From Acidimicrobiia bacterium (lineage in GTDB: Bacteria; Actinomycetota; Acidimicrobiia; Spongiisociales; Spongiisociaceae): 62,355 bases of DNA. The stretch lies in the NCBI GenBank assembly GCA_041576165.1, contig JBFGLM010000027.1:1-62355 (forward strand), in the 5' to 3' direction. The translations under genes were made by a program, and so were the position numbers. The notes under the pieces are model-generated. The model had not been told where the DNA came from. It made no database searches and saw only the letters and a program-made list of their open reading frames with translations. Shown here in pieces: positions 46,698-55,718 of this stretch (within the stretch, counting starts at the first letter, position 1; every line of letters starts with the position of its first letter).

Positions 46698-48230
46698 GTG
46701 GCCACGATCACCTTCGACGCCGGCATCAGGGTCCCAATGGCAGACGGCGTGGAACTGGCGACCGATGTCATGCGACCCGCTGGGCCCAGCGCCGGGCCGG
46801 CAATCCTGATGCGCACGGCCTACGACCGGACGACGCCGGCGTCGCGGGCGCTCCAGGTCGACGCGGTGGCGCTCGCCCAGGCCGGTTACGCGGTGGTGCT
46901 CCAAGACGTGCGCGGCAGGTTCGAGTCGGCCGGTGAGTTCGTTCCGTTCGTAAACGAGGGGGCTGACGGGTCGGCGACGCTGGAGTGGATTCGCGACCAG
47001 TCCTGGTGCAACGGAAGCGTGGCGATGGCGGGCATCAGCTACAACGCCTTCTGCCAGTTGGCGGCCGCGGTGAGCGATTCCGGGTGTCTGCAGGCCATGG
47101 CGCCCGGGCTGGGTCCGTTCGACATCCGCACCAGCTGGCTGCGGGTAGGAGGCGTCGACAACCTGGCGCTCAACCTCAGCTGGCTGGTGGGTTCGCTACT
47201 TCCCACTGATCCCCGCACGCCGGACCCGGAGCTGCTGCTGCGGGCGTGGGACAACCCGCGGGCCACCGCCCGCGCCGGCCTGGCGAACCCGGCGCTGGAC
47301 GACACCCCGGCCGCCGCATGGATCAAGGAGTGGATGCAGCCCGTCCCTTACGCCGGAAACGCCGGGGTCCCTGACAAAGAGATGCTCGGTGATCTTCGGA
47401 TCCCTGCGCTGGTCGTGGCCGGATGGTACGACGTGTTTGCCGCCGGATCCCTCGATCTAGCCGCCAGCCTCAGCAACGCGGCCCTGGTAGCCGGGCCATG
47501 GGATCACTCAGGTCTCCCGCTGGGACGGCGAGCGGGCGATCGCGACCATGGCCACACCGCGGCTGTCTCGCTCGGCCACCTACAGCGGGCCTGGTACGAC
47601 CTGCATTTGCGGGGGTGGGGCGACCAACCGCCGCCGGCCCGGGTGTTCGTGACGGGCGCCAACCGATGGGTCGACTACCCAGACTGGCCACCGGGCTGCC
47701 ACCGGGTGACCCTGTTGCCGGCACCCGGCGGACTTCTGGTCGCGACGGAGGCGCCGGCGGACACGATCGAGGTTGACGTGAGAGACGACGATCCGACGCC
47801 GGCCGCCGGCGGTCAGGTATATCCATGGGAGCCGGTGCTCCGGTCCGGCGCCTTCGACCAATCCGCCCGACGGGCCCGTAGCGACGTGTGTTCGTTCGTC
47901 GGTGAGCCGCTGTCCCGCTCTCGGCGGTTTGTCGGCAAGGCGGCGGCAACGTTGTCGGTTGAGGCCGAACCAGGCGCACATCTGTTCGTCACGGTCGTCG
48001 ACGTCCATCCTGACGGGTCGGCCTGGAACGTTGCTGAGGGCGTCGCTCGGACCGCGTCGGACGGGCTGACTGAGGTCGATCTCGGGTATCTCGGCCATCA
48101 GTTCGGTCCCGGCCACGCCATCGGTGTGGACATATCGGGAGCCGCTTGGCCACGGTTCCCGTTAGTCACCGGGCTTCGCCGGATTCGGCTCGGGGCCAGC
48201 TTCGTTTCGCTTCCGGAGGTTCCGAAGTGA
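46698..48230 (+). CDS. CocE/NonD family hydrolase
   Basis: PM.DGVELATDV.RP, RT.Y, QDVRGRF.S.G.F, W..DQ.W.NG.V.M.GISY, GWYD.F, GPWDH. Confidence 0.92.
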   Translation: MATITFDAGIRVPMADGVELATDVMRPAGPSAGPAILMRTAYDRTTPASRALQVDAVALAQAGYAVVLQDVRGRFESAGEFVPFVNEGADGSATLEWIRDQSWCNGSVAMAGISYNAFCQLAAAVSDSGCLQAMAPGLGPFDIRTSWLRVGGVDNLALNLSWLVGSLLPTDPRTPDPELLLRAWDNPRATARAGLANPALDDTPAAAWIKEWMQPVPYAGNAGVPDKEMLGDLRIPALVVAGWYDVFAAGSLDLAASLSNAALVAGPWDHSGLPLGRRAGDRDHGHTAAVSLGHLQRAWYDLHLRGWGDQPPPARVFVTGANRWVDYPDWPPGCHRVTLLPAPGGLLVATEAPADTIEVDVRDDDPTPAAGGQVYPWEPVLRSGAFDQSARRARSDVCSFVGEPLSRSRRFVGKAAATLSVEAEPGAHLFVTVVDVHPDGSAWNVAEGVARTASDGLTEVDLGYLGHQFGPGHAIGVDISGAAWPRFPLVTGLRRIRLGASFVSLPEVPK

Positions 48231-49231
48231 GGGCGGCCGTCATGAACCATGTCTCGGAAACTCTGATCGGACCGCTCGTGGCCATTGAAGATCGGGAACA
48301 ACCATCCCCGGTCGAGCCGTATGACGTCGTGGTGCGGGTGGCGGGAGCCGGGGTATGCCGGACCGAGTTGCACATCTTGCGGGGCGAACTGGACACCTCG
48401 CTTCCCCACGTCCTCGGCCACGAGAACGCGGGCTACGTTGCCGCGGTCGGGGAGAAAGTGACCACGGTGCAGGTCGGCGATCCCGTCGTGTGTTATCCGT
48501 TCCTGTCTGACGGTTTGAGCCGGGCTGAGCGAGGAGGGGTCGACTCGAATGCTCCCGGCCGGGTCACGCCCGGCATCGATGCCCCCGGCGGGTTCGCCGA
48601 GTATTTCCTGTCCACCGAACGGGCAATGCTCCGGCTACCCGCCGGGACGGACCCGATCCCGTTCGCGCCTCTGACTGATGCCGGTCTGGCCGCGTACCGG
48701 GCGTGCCGCAAGCTCGACTTGGCACCCGGCGCGACGGTGGTCGTGACCGGGGTGGGCGGCCTCGGCCACCTCGCCATCCAAATACTTCGTGCGATCTCAG
48801 CGGTCCGGATCGTTGCGGTCGATCCGAGACCGGCCGCCCGGCAACTCGCCAGCGAGTGTGGCGCCGACGTGGCCGTGGCGCCGGATGATCTGCCTGCTGC
48901 GCTCGATGCGCCGGCCGCCGCCGCCGTCGACTTCGTCGGCTCTGACGAATCGCTGCGAGCATCGTTCGAATCACTGGGCTTCGGCGGCCACCTCGTCGCG
49001 GTGGGAGTCGGCGGCAATCTGGACCTCCCTATCCTGGATGTGGTGACTACCGAACGAAAGATCGAAGGGACCTACGTCGGCACATATCAGGATCTGGCCG
49101 AAGTCACCGATCTGGCCGTCTCCGGCGCCGTCCGGCCGTCGATCGTGCGGTACCCGCTGAACGCCGCCGCACAGGCGTTGGCCGACCTGGCGGCGGGAGA
49201 CATCGTCGGTCGGGCGGTGCTGATTCCCTGA
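48227..49231 (+). CDS. Zinc-type (MDR) alcohol dehydrogenase lacking the structural-Zn cysteines
   Basis: GVCRTELH, LGHENAG, GVGGLGH, DFVGS, GRAVL; structural-Zn segment reads SDGLSRAERGGVDSNA. Confidence 0.88.
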   Translation: MRAAVMNHVSETLIGPLVAIEDREQPSPVEPYDVVVRVAGAGVCRTELHILRGELDTSLPHVLGHENAGYVAAVGEKVTTVQVGDPVVCYPFLSDGLSRAERGGVDSNAPGRVTPGIDAPGGFAEYFLSTERAMLRLPAGTDPIPFAPLTDAGLAAYRACRKLDLAPGATVVVTGVGGLGHLAIQILRAISAVRIVAVDPRPAARQLASECGADVAVAPDDLPAALDAPAAAAVDFVGSDESLRASFESLGFGGHLVAVGVGGNLDLPILDVVTTERKIEGTYVGTYQDLAEVTDLAVSGAVRPSIVRYPLNAAAQALADLAAGDIVGRAVLIP

Positions 49232-50989
49232 TCAGCCGCGCAGCACCGGGAGGCTCACGCGACTGGGGTATGCCCGGGAGTGGAGGATCGTCTGGGTGGC
49301 CGGCGTCGAATCGAGTGGACCGTCGGTGAGTGGAACGTTCCCGGTGTTCAGATTCCGGTCCCACATGGGGAAGTCCGAACTCGAGATGTCCAGCCGAAGC
49401 CGCGAACCGGCTTCGACGGTCGCCCCTACCGGGCCGAGCTCGACCGTGAGTTCGTACACCTCACCCGGCTTCAGAAGCTTCGGATCCGAGAGCGAGTCCC
49501 GGTAGCGGGCGCGCAGGATCCCCTCCTGGAGATTGACGCTCGTGCCGGCCGGGTCCACGACACAGAGACGCGCGGTGAAGTCGGTGTCGGTCGCCGATGT
49601 GGCCGCAAACAACGTCACTGTCACGTCACCAACCAGCGTGATGTCCTTCTCCAAGGGGTCAGAGGTGTAGACGAGCATCATGCGTGACACCTCGGCTCCG
49701 TGTTGATCCGCCGGGCCCATCGGGGTGATCGTATCGAAGCAGCAGGAGTGTCCACCCATCGAAGGAACCGGCACCCCCGGCTCGTACACGTAGAGATCGG
49801 GCGGTTCATCTTCCGGCGGAAGCCCGTCGAGCCGTCCGTCGCCGAACTTCGAATTCGCCCGGCCGCCCGAGTGGATGTACCAGTCTTCTGACCGGACGGC
49901 GGCCGGCGGCCACGTGTCGAACTCCTGCCAGCCGCCGTCGAGCGTGAAGGCGGTCACGGCGCGGTCGAGAACACCGGTCTCGACGCCCTTGAGCGTGTGA
50001 TCGAACCACCGAATGAGCCATTCGTCGATATCCATCGTTGACGGGCCGCTCGATCCCAGCCGGCTGACCGGCGTCCACGGCATGTGGGCCCACGGGCCGA
50101 TGACCAGCTTCTGCGCGTCCCGGGTCGCGTCGCTGCCACCTCGCTCCCTCACGCCGGTGAAATTCTTGACCGTGCCGGAGATGAACACGTCGTACCAACC
50201 TCCGACATGCAGGGCCGGGACATCGATCCGGCTGTAATCCTCATCGATGCTCCACCGCCGCCAGTAGTCGTCGTAGGTGCTGTGCGCGACCCAGTCGTGG
50301 AAATACGGCGCGTAGGGCATCTGCAGGGGCGGGTACTCCGAGATCGGCAGCGACCAGTACCAGGCAGGTGCGTTGCCGAGAGCGGCCCCCAGCTGGGATC
50401 TGACCTCGATGTCTCCAGCTCGCTCGGCCGTTTCCATCGCCAGCAGGTTGGCCCAGTAGCCGATGAAAGCCAGGGCGAACGCCCCACTGTTGTACGTCCA
50501 GCCGTCGTAGTACTGCGAAGCCGTGAATGCAGGCGTGATCGATGCGAGGGACGGTGGCCGCATCACTGCGGCCAGCAGCTGAGTGGCGCCGACGTAGGAA
50601 AAACCCATCATCCCCACCCGTCCGCTGGACCCCGGCAGCGTGGCCGCCCACTCGACCGAGTCGTATCCGTCTTCCATCTCGTGCAAGTACGGGTAGAAAT
50701 CACCGTCCGACGCGTAGCGGCCCCGGCAGTCCTGGACCGCGACCACATAGCCCTGGGCGGCAAACCATGCGGGATGTGCGCTGCCGAAGGTCGGCGTCCC
50801 GGATCGTTTGTCGTAGATCGTCCGCATCAACAGGACGGGGAGAGCTGCGCTCGTCTGCGGCCGGTACACGTCGGCCCGCAGCACGGTCCCATCACGCATC
50901 GCTGCCGACACGTCCCGCTCGATCGTGACCCCCAGGCCGGGAAGCTTCTCAGTCGTTGGGTCGATCCCGGATGCTTCGTCTACCTGCAT
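49232..50989 (-). CDS. CocE/NonD family hydrolase
   Basis: MRDG..LRADVYRP, QD.RGRY.S.G.F, DGYD.VEWAA, GFSY.G, GGWYD.F, IGPW.H, ISSS.FP..DRNLNTG. Confidence 0.95.
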   Translation of the reverse strand: MQVDEASGIDPTTEKLPGLGVTIERDVSAAMRDGTVLRADVYRPQTSAALPVLLMRTIYDKRSGTPTFGSAHPAWFAAQGYVVAVQDCRGRYASDGDFYPYLHEMEDGYDSVEWAATLPGSSGRVGMMGFSYVGATQLLAAVMRPPSLASITPAFTASQYYDGWTYNSGAFALAFIGYWANLLAMETAERAGDIEVRSQLGAALGNAPAWYWSLPISEYPPLQMPYAPYFHDWVAHSTYDDYWRRWSIDEDYSRIDVPALHVGGWYDVFISGTVKNFTGVRERGGSDATRDAQKLVIGPWAHMPWTPVSRLGSSGPSTMDIDEWLIRWFDHTLKGVETGVLDRAVTAFTLDGGWQEFDTWPPAAVRSEDWYIHSGGRANSKFGDGRLDGLPPEDEPPDLYVYEPGVPVPSMGGHSCCFDTITPMGPADQHGAEVSRMMLVYTSDPLEKDITLVGDVTVTLFAATSATDTDFTARLCVVDPAGTSVNLQEGILRARYRDSLSDPKLLKPGEVYELTVELGPVGATVEAGSRLRLDISSSDFPMWDRNLNTGNVPLTDGPLDSTPATQTILHSRAYPSRVSLPVLRG

Positions 50990-51112
50990 AGTCACGGATC
51001 CTCCGAACACCCGCCCGGTGCGCGCCGGGCCCGATTTGATAACATTCTGACGCCCCGCCGCCGGCCCGGGCAACCGGCAGGCGACGAACCCACATCACAT
51101 GAGGATCTTCGG

Positions 51113-51676
51113 ATGAGCGACTTCAAGCAGGAGACCTATTACGAGGAGGGATCGGACGCCGGCGGCATGCCGCAATCCCATATCGAGGAGTTCCTGGCCG
51201 GGCCGGACTCCACATGGCTCCTCAAGCTCGCATTCACAAAGGCCGACGGCTGGCCCATGGTGGTGCCGCTGTGGTACCAGTGGGACGGTGAGGCCTTCTA
51301 TGTCGTCGGCCGGAAGCGGTCCGAGTGGGTCCAAGACCTGATCCGCAACCCGCAGTGCGCAGTTTGCATCGAGGAGACCGCCCATCCCCGGATCCGAAAA
51401 GTGCTCGCGCAATGTACGGCCGATGTGGTCGAGGGCCCGGCCAAAGGTGGAGGCTCGCAGTGGGTACCCGTCGCCGACGAGATGGCCACGCGGTACACGG
51501 GGCCGACCGGCCCGGAGCAGCTCAAGGCCTCGTGGGACTGGGATCGCTATCTCGTGAAGCTGGTTCCGCGGGACGGCAAGCTGACCACCTGGCAGGGCGC
51601 CGACTGGGCGCTGCGGTATTTCGACCCAGGTCAACGCCCCGACCTCGAGGCCAAGGCCGCGCGGCGCTCGTCGTGA
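51113..51676 (+). CDS. Pyridoxamine 5'-phosphate oxidase-like (PPOX) protein, paralog of 31066-31605
   Basis: DG.PMVVPLWYQWDGE, RNP..AVCI, WQG..WA.RY. Confidence 0.82.
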   Translation: MSDFKQETYYEEGSDAGGMPQSHIEEFLAGPDSTWLLKLAFTKADGWPMVVPLWYQWDGEAFYVVGRKRSEWVQDLIRNPQCAVCIEETAHPRIRKVLAQCTADVVEGPAKGGGSQWVPVADEMATRYTGPTGPEQLKASWDWDRYLVKLVPRDGKLTTWQGADWALRYFDPGQRPDLEAKAARRSS

Positions 51677-52836
51677 GGGGCCACGCCCGCCGGGCGCTCG
51701 GGCTGCGCCGCTCCGACATCCGAATCCTGTTCGACGCCGCCGATCGAATCCCCGACGCAATCCGGCTCGAGGTAGGTGAGCCGAGCTTCACGACGCCGGC
51801 CCACATCATCGCCGCCGCAGCGAGCGCCGCCCAGGACGGCTGGACCCAGTACGGTCCGAACGGGGGTTTGGCCTCGCTACGTGAGTTGCTGGCGGACAAG
51901 ATCGCCCGGGTCGACGGGTTCACAGTCGATCCCGCACAGGTAGTGGTGACGCCCGGTGGCATGAATGCGCTGTTCTCGACCTATCTGGCGTTGCTCAACC
52001 CGGGGGACGAGGTGCTGCTGCCCGCACCAGGCTTCCCGAATATGGACGAGATGGTGCGGCTCATCGGCGGCACCCCGGTGTTCTACCCGCTGTCCGCAGC
52101 CGATGGCTGGGCGCCCGACCTCGAACGGCTCGAATCGCTGGTGACCGACCGCACGACGATGCTGTTCGTCAACACGCCGGCCAACCCGACGGGCGCAGTC
52201 TTTGGAGAGGCCGTCATGCAGGCGCTGGTCGAGTTCTGCAACCAACACGATTTGTGGATGCTGTCCGACGAGGTGTACGACGAGATGATCTTGGATCATG
52301 ATGCCCGTCACACCGCTGCTGCTCGCTTCGACGAAGCGAACCGAGTCATCACTGTCTACAGCTTCTCCAAGATCTACGCCATGACCGGCTGGCGAGTCGG
52401 CTACGCGGCCGCGCCTGCCGAAATCGCGGAGCTGCTGCGCACCTTGCAGGAACCACAGGTGTCATGCCCCAGCACGATTTCACAGAAAGCGGCGGAGGCC
52501 GCCCTCACCGGACCCCAGGAACCCATCCGGGCGATGGTCGACGCCTACCGCCGGAGACGCCACCTGGCCCTCGAAGTCGCCCGCGAGGTCGGGCTCGTTG
52601 CGGTGCCCCCGCCCGGCACGATGTACATGCTCCTCGAGATCGACCCAGGCGGCCGGTCGTCGCTGGAATTTGCGCTGCACCTGCTGCAGCAGCATGAGGT
52701 GAGCGTCGCTCCGGGCGCCGTCTTCGGTCCTGGATCCGACGGCTACGTGCGGATCTCCCTCGCGGCCGAGGAGGGGCACATAGCCGAGGGTCTCCGGCGG
52801 ATCGCCAAAGCCGCGGAACCGGCCGGCACCAGATGA
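51673..52836 (+). CDS. PLP-dependent aminotransferase class I/II, paralog of 34565-35728
   Basis: LEVGEPSF.TP, NTPANPTG, SDEVYDE, SFSK.YAMTGWRVGY; GTGA overlap. Confidence 0.95.
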   Translation: MRGHARRALGLRRSDIRILFDAADRIPDAIRLEVGEPSFTTPAHIIAAAASAAQDGWTQYGPNGGLASLRELLADKIARVDGFTVDPAQVVVTPGGMNALFSTYLALLNPGDEVLLPAPGFPNMDEMVRLIGGTPVFYPLSAADGWAPDLERLESLVTDRTTMLFVNTPANPTGAVFGEAVMQALVEFCNQHDLWMLSDEVYDEMILDHDARHTAAARFDEANRVITVYSFSKIYAMTGWRVGYAAAPAEIAELLRTLQEPQVSCPSTISQKAAEAALTGPQEPIRAMVDAYRRRRHLALEVAREVGLVAVPPPGTMYMLLEIDPGGRSSLEFALHLLQQHEVSVAPGAVFGPGSDGYVRISLAAEEGHIAEGLRRIAKAAEPAGTR

Positions 52837-54065
52837 GCATCGAAGCCACGGTCACGACCTATCTCGACGCGCGGGCGGCGGATGTACTCGAGTTCGCCCG
52901 CGACCTCATCCGGACGCCGTCGCCCAACCCGCCCGGCGACGAACGGGCGGTTGCAGACGCGGTCACAACCCGTCTGCGAGAGCTGGGAGTGGATCACGTC
53001 GAGCGGGTCGGGGCCGCCGAAGAACGGCCCAACCTCATCGTGCGGGTCCCGGGTTCATCGCCCGGGCCGAGGTTGATGCTGTCCGGCCACCTGGATACGA
53101 AACCGGCCGGTGACCTGACAGCGTGGGAGACTGATCCCTGGGACCCGGTCGTAGACGACGGCCGGCTCATTGGCCTGGGATCGGGCGACATGAAAGCTGC
53201 GGTGGCGGCCATGGTCTACGCCCTCGGCGCCGTGGCACACGCAGGTGACTTTCCGGGCGAGCTCGTGGCGGTGTTCACCGCCGACGAAGAGGCCGGTTCG
53301 GTGCTCGGGTCCAAATGGATGGCGGAGCAGGGGTTGCTGGACGCCGACGCTGCGATCATCGGGGAGCCGAGCGGTATCGAGCGTGAGTGGGAGTCAATCC
53401 ATCTGGTCTCCCGCGGCGCGGCCCTGTTCAAAGTCAAGTTGACCGGGACCCAGATGCATAGTTCGATCTCCGATCGGATTCGCGGCATCAACGCGACGCT
53501 GAAGATGGCCGAGCTGATGCTCCGGATGGACCGCGATCTCAAGTCATATCTGACATTCGAGCCCCATCCGCTGTGTCCGACCGGACCAACCATCAATGTC
53601 GGTGTCATGGCCGAGGCCGGTGTCTTCTACGGCGTGTATCCGGGCAATGCTGAGTTCGCCTGCGACGTGCGCACGCTGCCCGGGATGACGGAAGAACAGA
53701 TGCAGGCGGACATCGGGCGGTTCCTCGCCGACGCCATGGCGGACGACCCGGAAATCCGCGCCGTCCTGGCCTGGGAGATCATGGTGCCGGCGACGGAGAT
53801 CCCGGCCGGGGAGCCGATCATCGAGGTACTGCAACAGGCCGGACGCGAGGTGCTCGGCACCGCACCCAAGCTGGACGCATTTCCCGGGGCCACCGATGCC
53901 CCCCACTTTCAACTCACCGCCGGCATCCCCTGTGTCGCAGCTTTCGGGCCCGGCATGCTGCCGCGAGCACACAGCCCCAACGAGCACATGGCGGCCGCCA
54001 GCGTCGCCCAGGCGGCCATGATCTACGGACTCGCCGCCACCCGCTATCTGGAGCGCGGGCGGTGA
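52833..54065 (+). CDS. M20/ArgE/DapE family deacylase
   Basis: SGHLDT, GLGS.DMK, DEEAG, IGEPS, HSS, GATD, GPG...AH.PNE. Confidence 0.93.
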   Translation: MSIEATVTTYLDARAADVLEFARDLIRTPSPNPPGDERAVADAVTTRLRELGVDHVERVGAAEERPNLIVRVPGSSPGPRLMLSGHLDTKPAGDLTAWETDPWDPVVDDGRLIGLGSGDMKAAVAAMVYALGAVAHAGDFPGELVAVFTADEEAGSVLGSKWMAEQGLLDADAAIIGEPSGIEREWESIHLVSRGAALFKVKLTGTQMHSSISDRIRGINATLKMAELMLRMDRDLKSYLTFEPHPLCPTGPTINVGVMAEAGVFYGVYPGNAEFACDVRTLPGMTEEQMQADIGRFLADAMADDPEIRAVLAWEIMVPATEIPAGEPIIEVLQQAGREVLGTAPKLDAFPGATDAPHFQLTAGIPCVAAFGPGMLPRAHSPNEHMAAASVAQAAMIYGLAATRYLERGR

Positions 54066-54730
54066 CGACCACGGCCGATTTGTGTGCTCGCTACCGCCGG
54101 CTCTACATGCCGGCCGTGGCGGACGCGCTCTATTCATTGGGAATGCCCGAACAGGTTCTGCCGACCACGCTGCGTCCGCTGTTTTCCGAGGAACGCATCG
54201 CCGGTATCGCCTTCACCCTGCAAGGGGCGCCTATCGAACCACACATCGATTGGGAAACGGGGATAGAGCGGATCACCTCCTACCTCGAGGTGTTCGAGCA
54301 CCTAACGCCGGACACTGTCATCGTTTCCGTCAACCCGAACAGCCACGTGGGTCACTTCGGCGAGCTAACGGGAAACTCCGCGCAACAGCATGGCTGTGTC
54401 GGGGTGATCCTCGATGGGAATCTGCGGGATATCGAAGGGCTGCGCGATATCGGCCTCCAGGTGTTCTACCGGGATCTGTCACCGCTCAACGCGATCGGAC
54501 GGTGGGAGATGGTGGCGTCACAGATACCCGTGACGATCGGCGATGTCACGATTCATCCCGGGGACGTCATCATCGGAGAATTCGACGGCGTGCTGGTGGT
54601 TCCCGGGGCGGACGCAGAGACCGTCCTGCTCAGGGCCGAGGAGATCGTCGCCGCCGAGAAGCTGGTGCGCTCTGAGATGCAAGCCGGCGAATCGCCGCTG
54701 TCCAGCCTCGACCGCCACGGGCACATCTGA
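54062..54730 (+). CDS. RraA family / HMG-aldolase-like protein
   Basis: VADAL, G.AFT, FGEL, DGN.RD, IHPGD.I.G..DGVLVVP. Confidence 0.88.
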   Translation: MTTTADLCARYRRLYMPAVADALYSLGMPEQVLPTTLRPLFSEERIAGIAFTLQGAPIEPHIDWETGIERITSYLEVFEHLTPDTVIVSVNPNSHVGHFGELTGNSAQQHGCVGVILDGNLRDIEGLRDIGLQVFYRDLSPLNAIGRWEMVASQIPVTIGDVTIHPGDVIIGEFDGVLVVPGADAETVLLRAEEIVAAEKLVRSEMQAGESPLSSLDRHGHI

Positions 54731-54969
54731 TGTCGGGGCGGGTCCCGCTGGTCGTGCCCCAACTCGGGGTCGTGGAGGAGATCGTGGTTCTGGAATGGCT
54801 GGTGGAGGACGACGCGCGCGTCGAGGTCGGCCAGGAGGTGGTGTCCATCGACACGGAGAAGGCCGACGTGATGCTGGAAGCGCCCGCGACGGGGACGCTG
54901 ACCATCGTCGTGCGCGAATCAGACGAGACGGTACCGGTCGGCGCCACGCTGGCCTACGTAACGCCGTGA
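54730..54969 (+). CDS. Free-standing lipoyl-carrier domain protein
   Basis: VPQLG...E..V.EWLV..V..GQ.VV.IDTEKA...LEAPA.G.L...ETVPVG..LA; lipoyl-Lys in TEKA. Confidence 0.88.
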   Translation: MSGRVPLVVPQLGVVEEIVVLEWLVEDDARVEVGQEVVSIDTEKADVMLEAPATGTLTIVVRESDETVPVGATLAYVTP

Positions 54970-55718
54970 CCCTCGATCAGTTCTCGTTAGCCGGGCGGGT
55001 GGCGGTCATCACCGGTGGGGCCGGCGGCCTTGGTCAAGCGATCGCCCGTACGTTCCATGCGGCCGGTGCGGAGGTCGTGAGCTTCGACACCGACGCAGAA
55101 TCGAACCGGAGATTGGCGGCCGAGCTTGACGGAAGTGCGTTCACCGTCGACGTGACCGACCCGCCTGCGACCGAGCAGGCCACAGCAGAGGTGCTTGCCA
55201 CATGGGGTCGGATCGATGTTCTCGTCAACACCGCCGGCCTCGGCGGCCGCGGCCGCGCCGAGCATTACCCTCGAGATCTGCTGGACCGCGTGGTAGAGGT
55301 CAACTTGAAAGGATCGCTCTTCATGTGTCAGGCCGTTGGGCGGTCTATGCGCACCATCGGTTCAGGCTCCATCGTGAATATCGCATCCATCGGCGGTCTG
55401 GTCGGTTATCCCGGGAGCGTCGGATACCAGATGAGCAAGGGCGGGGTCGTGCAGATGACCCGCACGCTGGCGGTGGAGTGGGCTGCCTCCGGAGTTCGGG
55501 TCAATGCCGTCGCACCGGGGCACGTCGGTACCGACATGGTGCAAGAGATGTGGAAGACAGAACCGGAGCTGAAGGAGTTCTTTCTCTCCCGCACACCGAT
55601 GAGTCGCCTCGCCGACCCCGGTGACGTTGCGCTCCCGGTCCTGTTCCTGGCTTCTGACGCGGCCGCCATGATCACCGGGCAGGTGCTCTCGGTCGACGGC
55701 GGATACACGGCGCAATGA
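54966..55718 (+). CDS. SDR family oxidoreductase
   Basis: F.L.GRVAVITGGAGGLG, LVN.AG, NIAS, YQMSK, VRVNAVAPG, VDGG. Confidence 0.93.
   Translation: MTLDQFSLAGRVAVITGGAGGLGQAIARTFHAAGAEVVSFDTDAESNRRLAAELDGSAFTVDVTDPPATEQATAEVLATWGRIDVLVNTAGLGGRGRAEHYPRDLLDRVVEVNLKGSLFMCQAVGRSMRTIGSGSIVNIASIGGLVGYPGSVGYQMSKGGVVQMTRTLAVEWAASGVRVNAVAPGHVGTDMVQEMWKTEPELKEFFLSRTPMSRLADPGDVALPVLFLASDAAAMITGQVLSVDGGYTAQ

Noticed and set aside
44007-50989. Microcystin degradation (MlrC) or cocaine esterase (CocE) as literal functions
   Set aside because: Family names only; no mlrA/mlrB/mlrD context, and both families are broad-specificity hydrolases
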